A stretch of 64,000 nt of DNA, taken from assembly GCA_964016885.1 (NCBI GenBank), contig OZ024745.1:71176001-71240000 (forward strand). The letters run 5' to 3'. The stretch's first letter is position 1. Each line of letters starts with the position of its first letter. Below, piece after piece: positions 63,761-64,000 of the stretch. The notes under the pieces are model-generated. The model did not search any database. It was not told where the DNA came from and saw only the letters and a list, made by a program, of their open reading frames with translations. Position numbers and translations under genes: made by a program. Source of the stretch: Eledone cirrhosa (lineage: Eukaryota).

Positions 63761-64000
63761 TAACACTGCTGTCATCACCAATAACACGACGGTCATCACC
63801 ATTAACACTACTGTCATCACCATTAACACTACTGTCATCACCATTAACACTACTGTCATCACCATTAACACTACTGTCATCACCATTGACACTACTGTCA
63901 ACACCATTAACACTACTGTCATCACCATTAACACTACTGTCACCACCATTAGCACTACTGTCATCACCATTAACACTACTGTCTTCACCATTAACACTAC

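Larger units (their letters stand above)
1..64000. repeat. 21-bp tandem satellite/minisatellite array, consensus TGTCATCACCATTAACACTAC, about 3,050 monomers, running off both window ends
   Basis: The monomer is readable at every position from base 1 to 64000, always in the same orientation, usually with 0-2 substitutions. The dominant variants are ACT>GCT (ctact/ctgct) and ATC>AAC (gtcatc/gtcaac). Confidence 0.99.

Noticed and set aside
51791-63997. 4,068-aa ORF with hydrophobic ends and an acidic middle, resembling a membrane-anchored protein
   Set aside because: The apparent domain structure is produced solely by the 1-bp indels at about 62638 and about 52738 shifting between repeat frames.
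1-64000. CRISPR array
   Set aside because: Repeats are directly abutting with no unique spacers, no leader, no palindromic repeat and no cas genes.
1-64000. Telomerase-synthesised long telomeric repeat (as in some yeasts with 20-25 bp units)
   Set aside because: It is strand-skewed, but at least 64 kb long with inherited variants copied in multi-kb blocks. That pattern indicates recombinational amplification rather than templated addition, and I do not recognise the unit as a known telomere repeat.
1-64000. Antigenic-variation cassette or diversity-generating system
   Set aside because: There is no recombinase, reverse transcriptase, expression site or conserved flanking sequence in the window. 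Ordinary mutation plus unequal exchange accounts for the variation.
1-64000. Wholly artefactual or synthetic low-complexity sequence
   Set aside because: Hierarchical, position-correlated variant sharing and exact monomer-multiple offsets are what natural array evolution produces. Individual duplications and singleton indels may still be assembly errors.

Overview
The whole 64-kb window is one uninterrupted, head-to-tail, single-orientation tandem array of a 21-bp monomer. The + strand consensus is GTC ATC ACC ATT AAC ACT ACT (- strand AGT AGT GTT AAT GGT GAT GAC), about 3,050 copies, about 38% GC, with only one G per + strand monomer. I see no unique sequence, spacer, transposon, RNA gene, inversion or array boundary, so the organism cannot be assigned; the architecture is typical of a eukaryotic satellite or giant minisatellite. 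The giant ORFs in the track follow from the monomer itself: it is seven R-N-Y triplets, so the VITINTT (+) and VNGDDSS (-) frames cannot gain a stop from a single substitution. The real information is in the variant monomers. They reveal nested duplications at whole-monomer offsets (105, 210, 315, 588, 684, about 2,600, 2,667, 2,814, 3,234, 4,601, 4,956 and 19,592 bp), regional variant domains, four 1-bp indels and three copies of a 9-bp deletion. I cannot support a novel biological system from this sequence alone. The best speculative leads are a phosphophoryn-like acidic repeat exon in the - strand (VNGDDSS)n frame and a dense array of Hox plus TALE homeodomain motifs. All offsets were derived by eye from marker variants, not from a full alignment.
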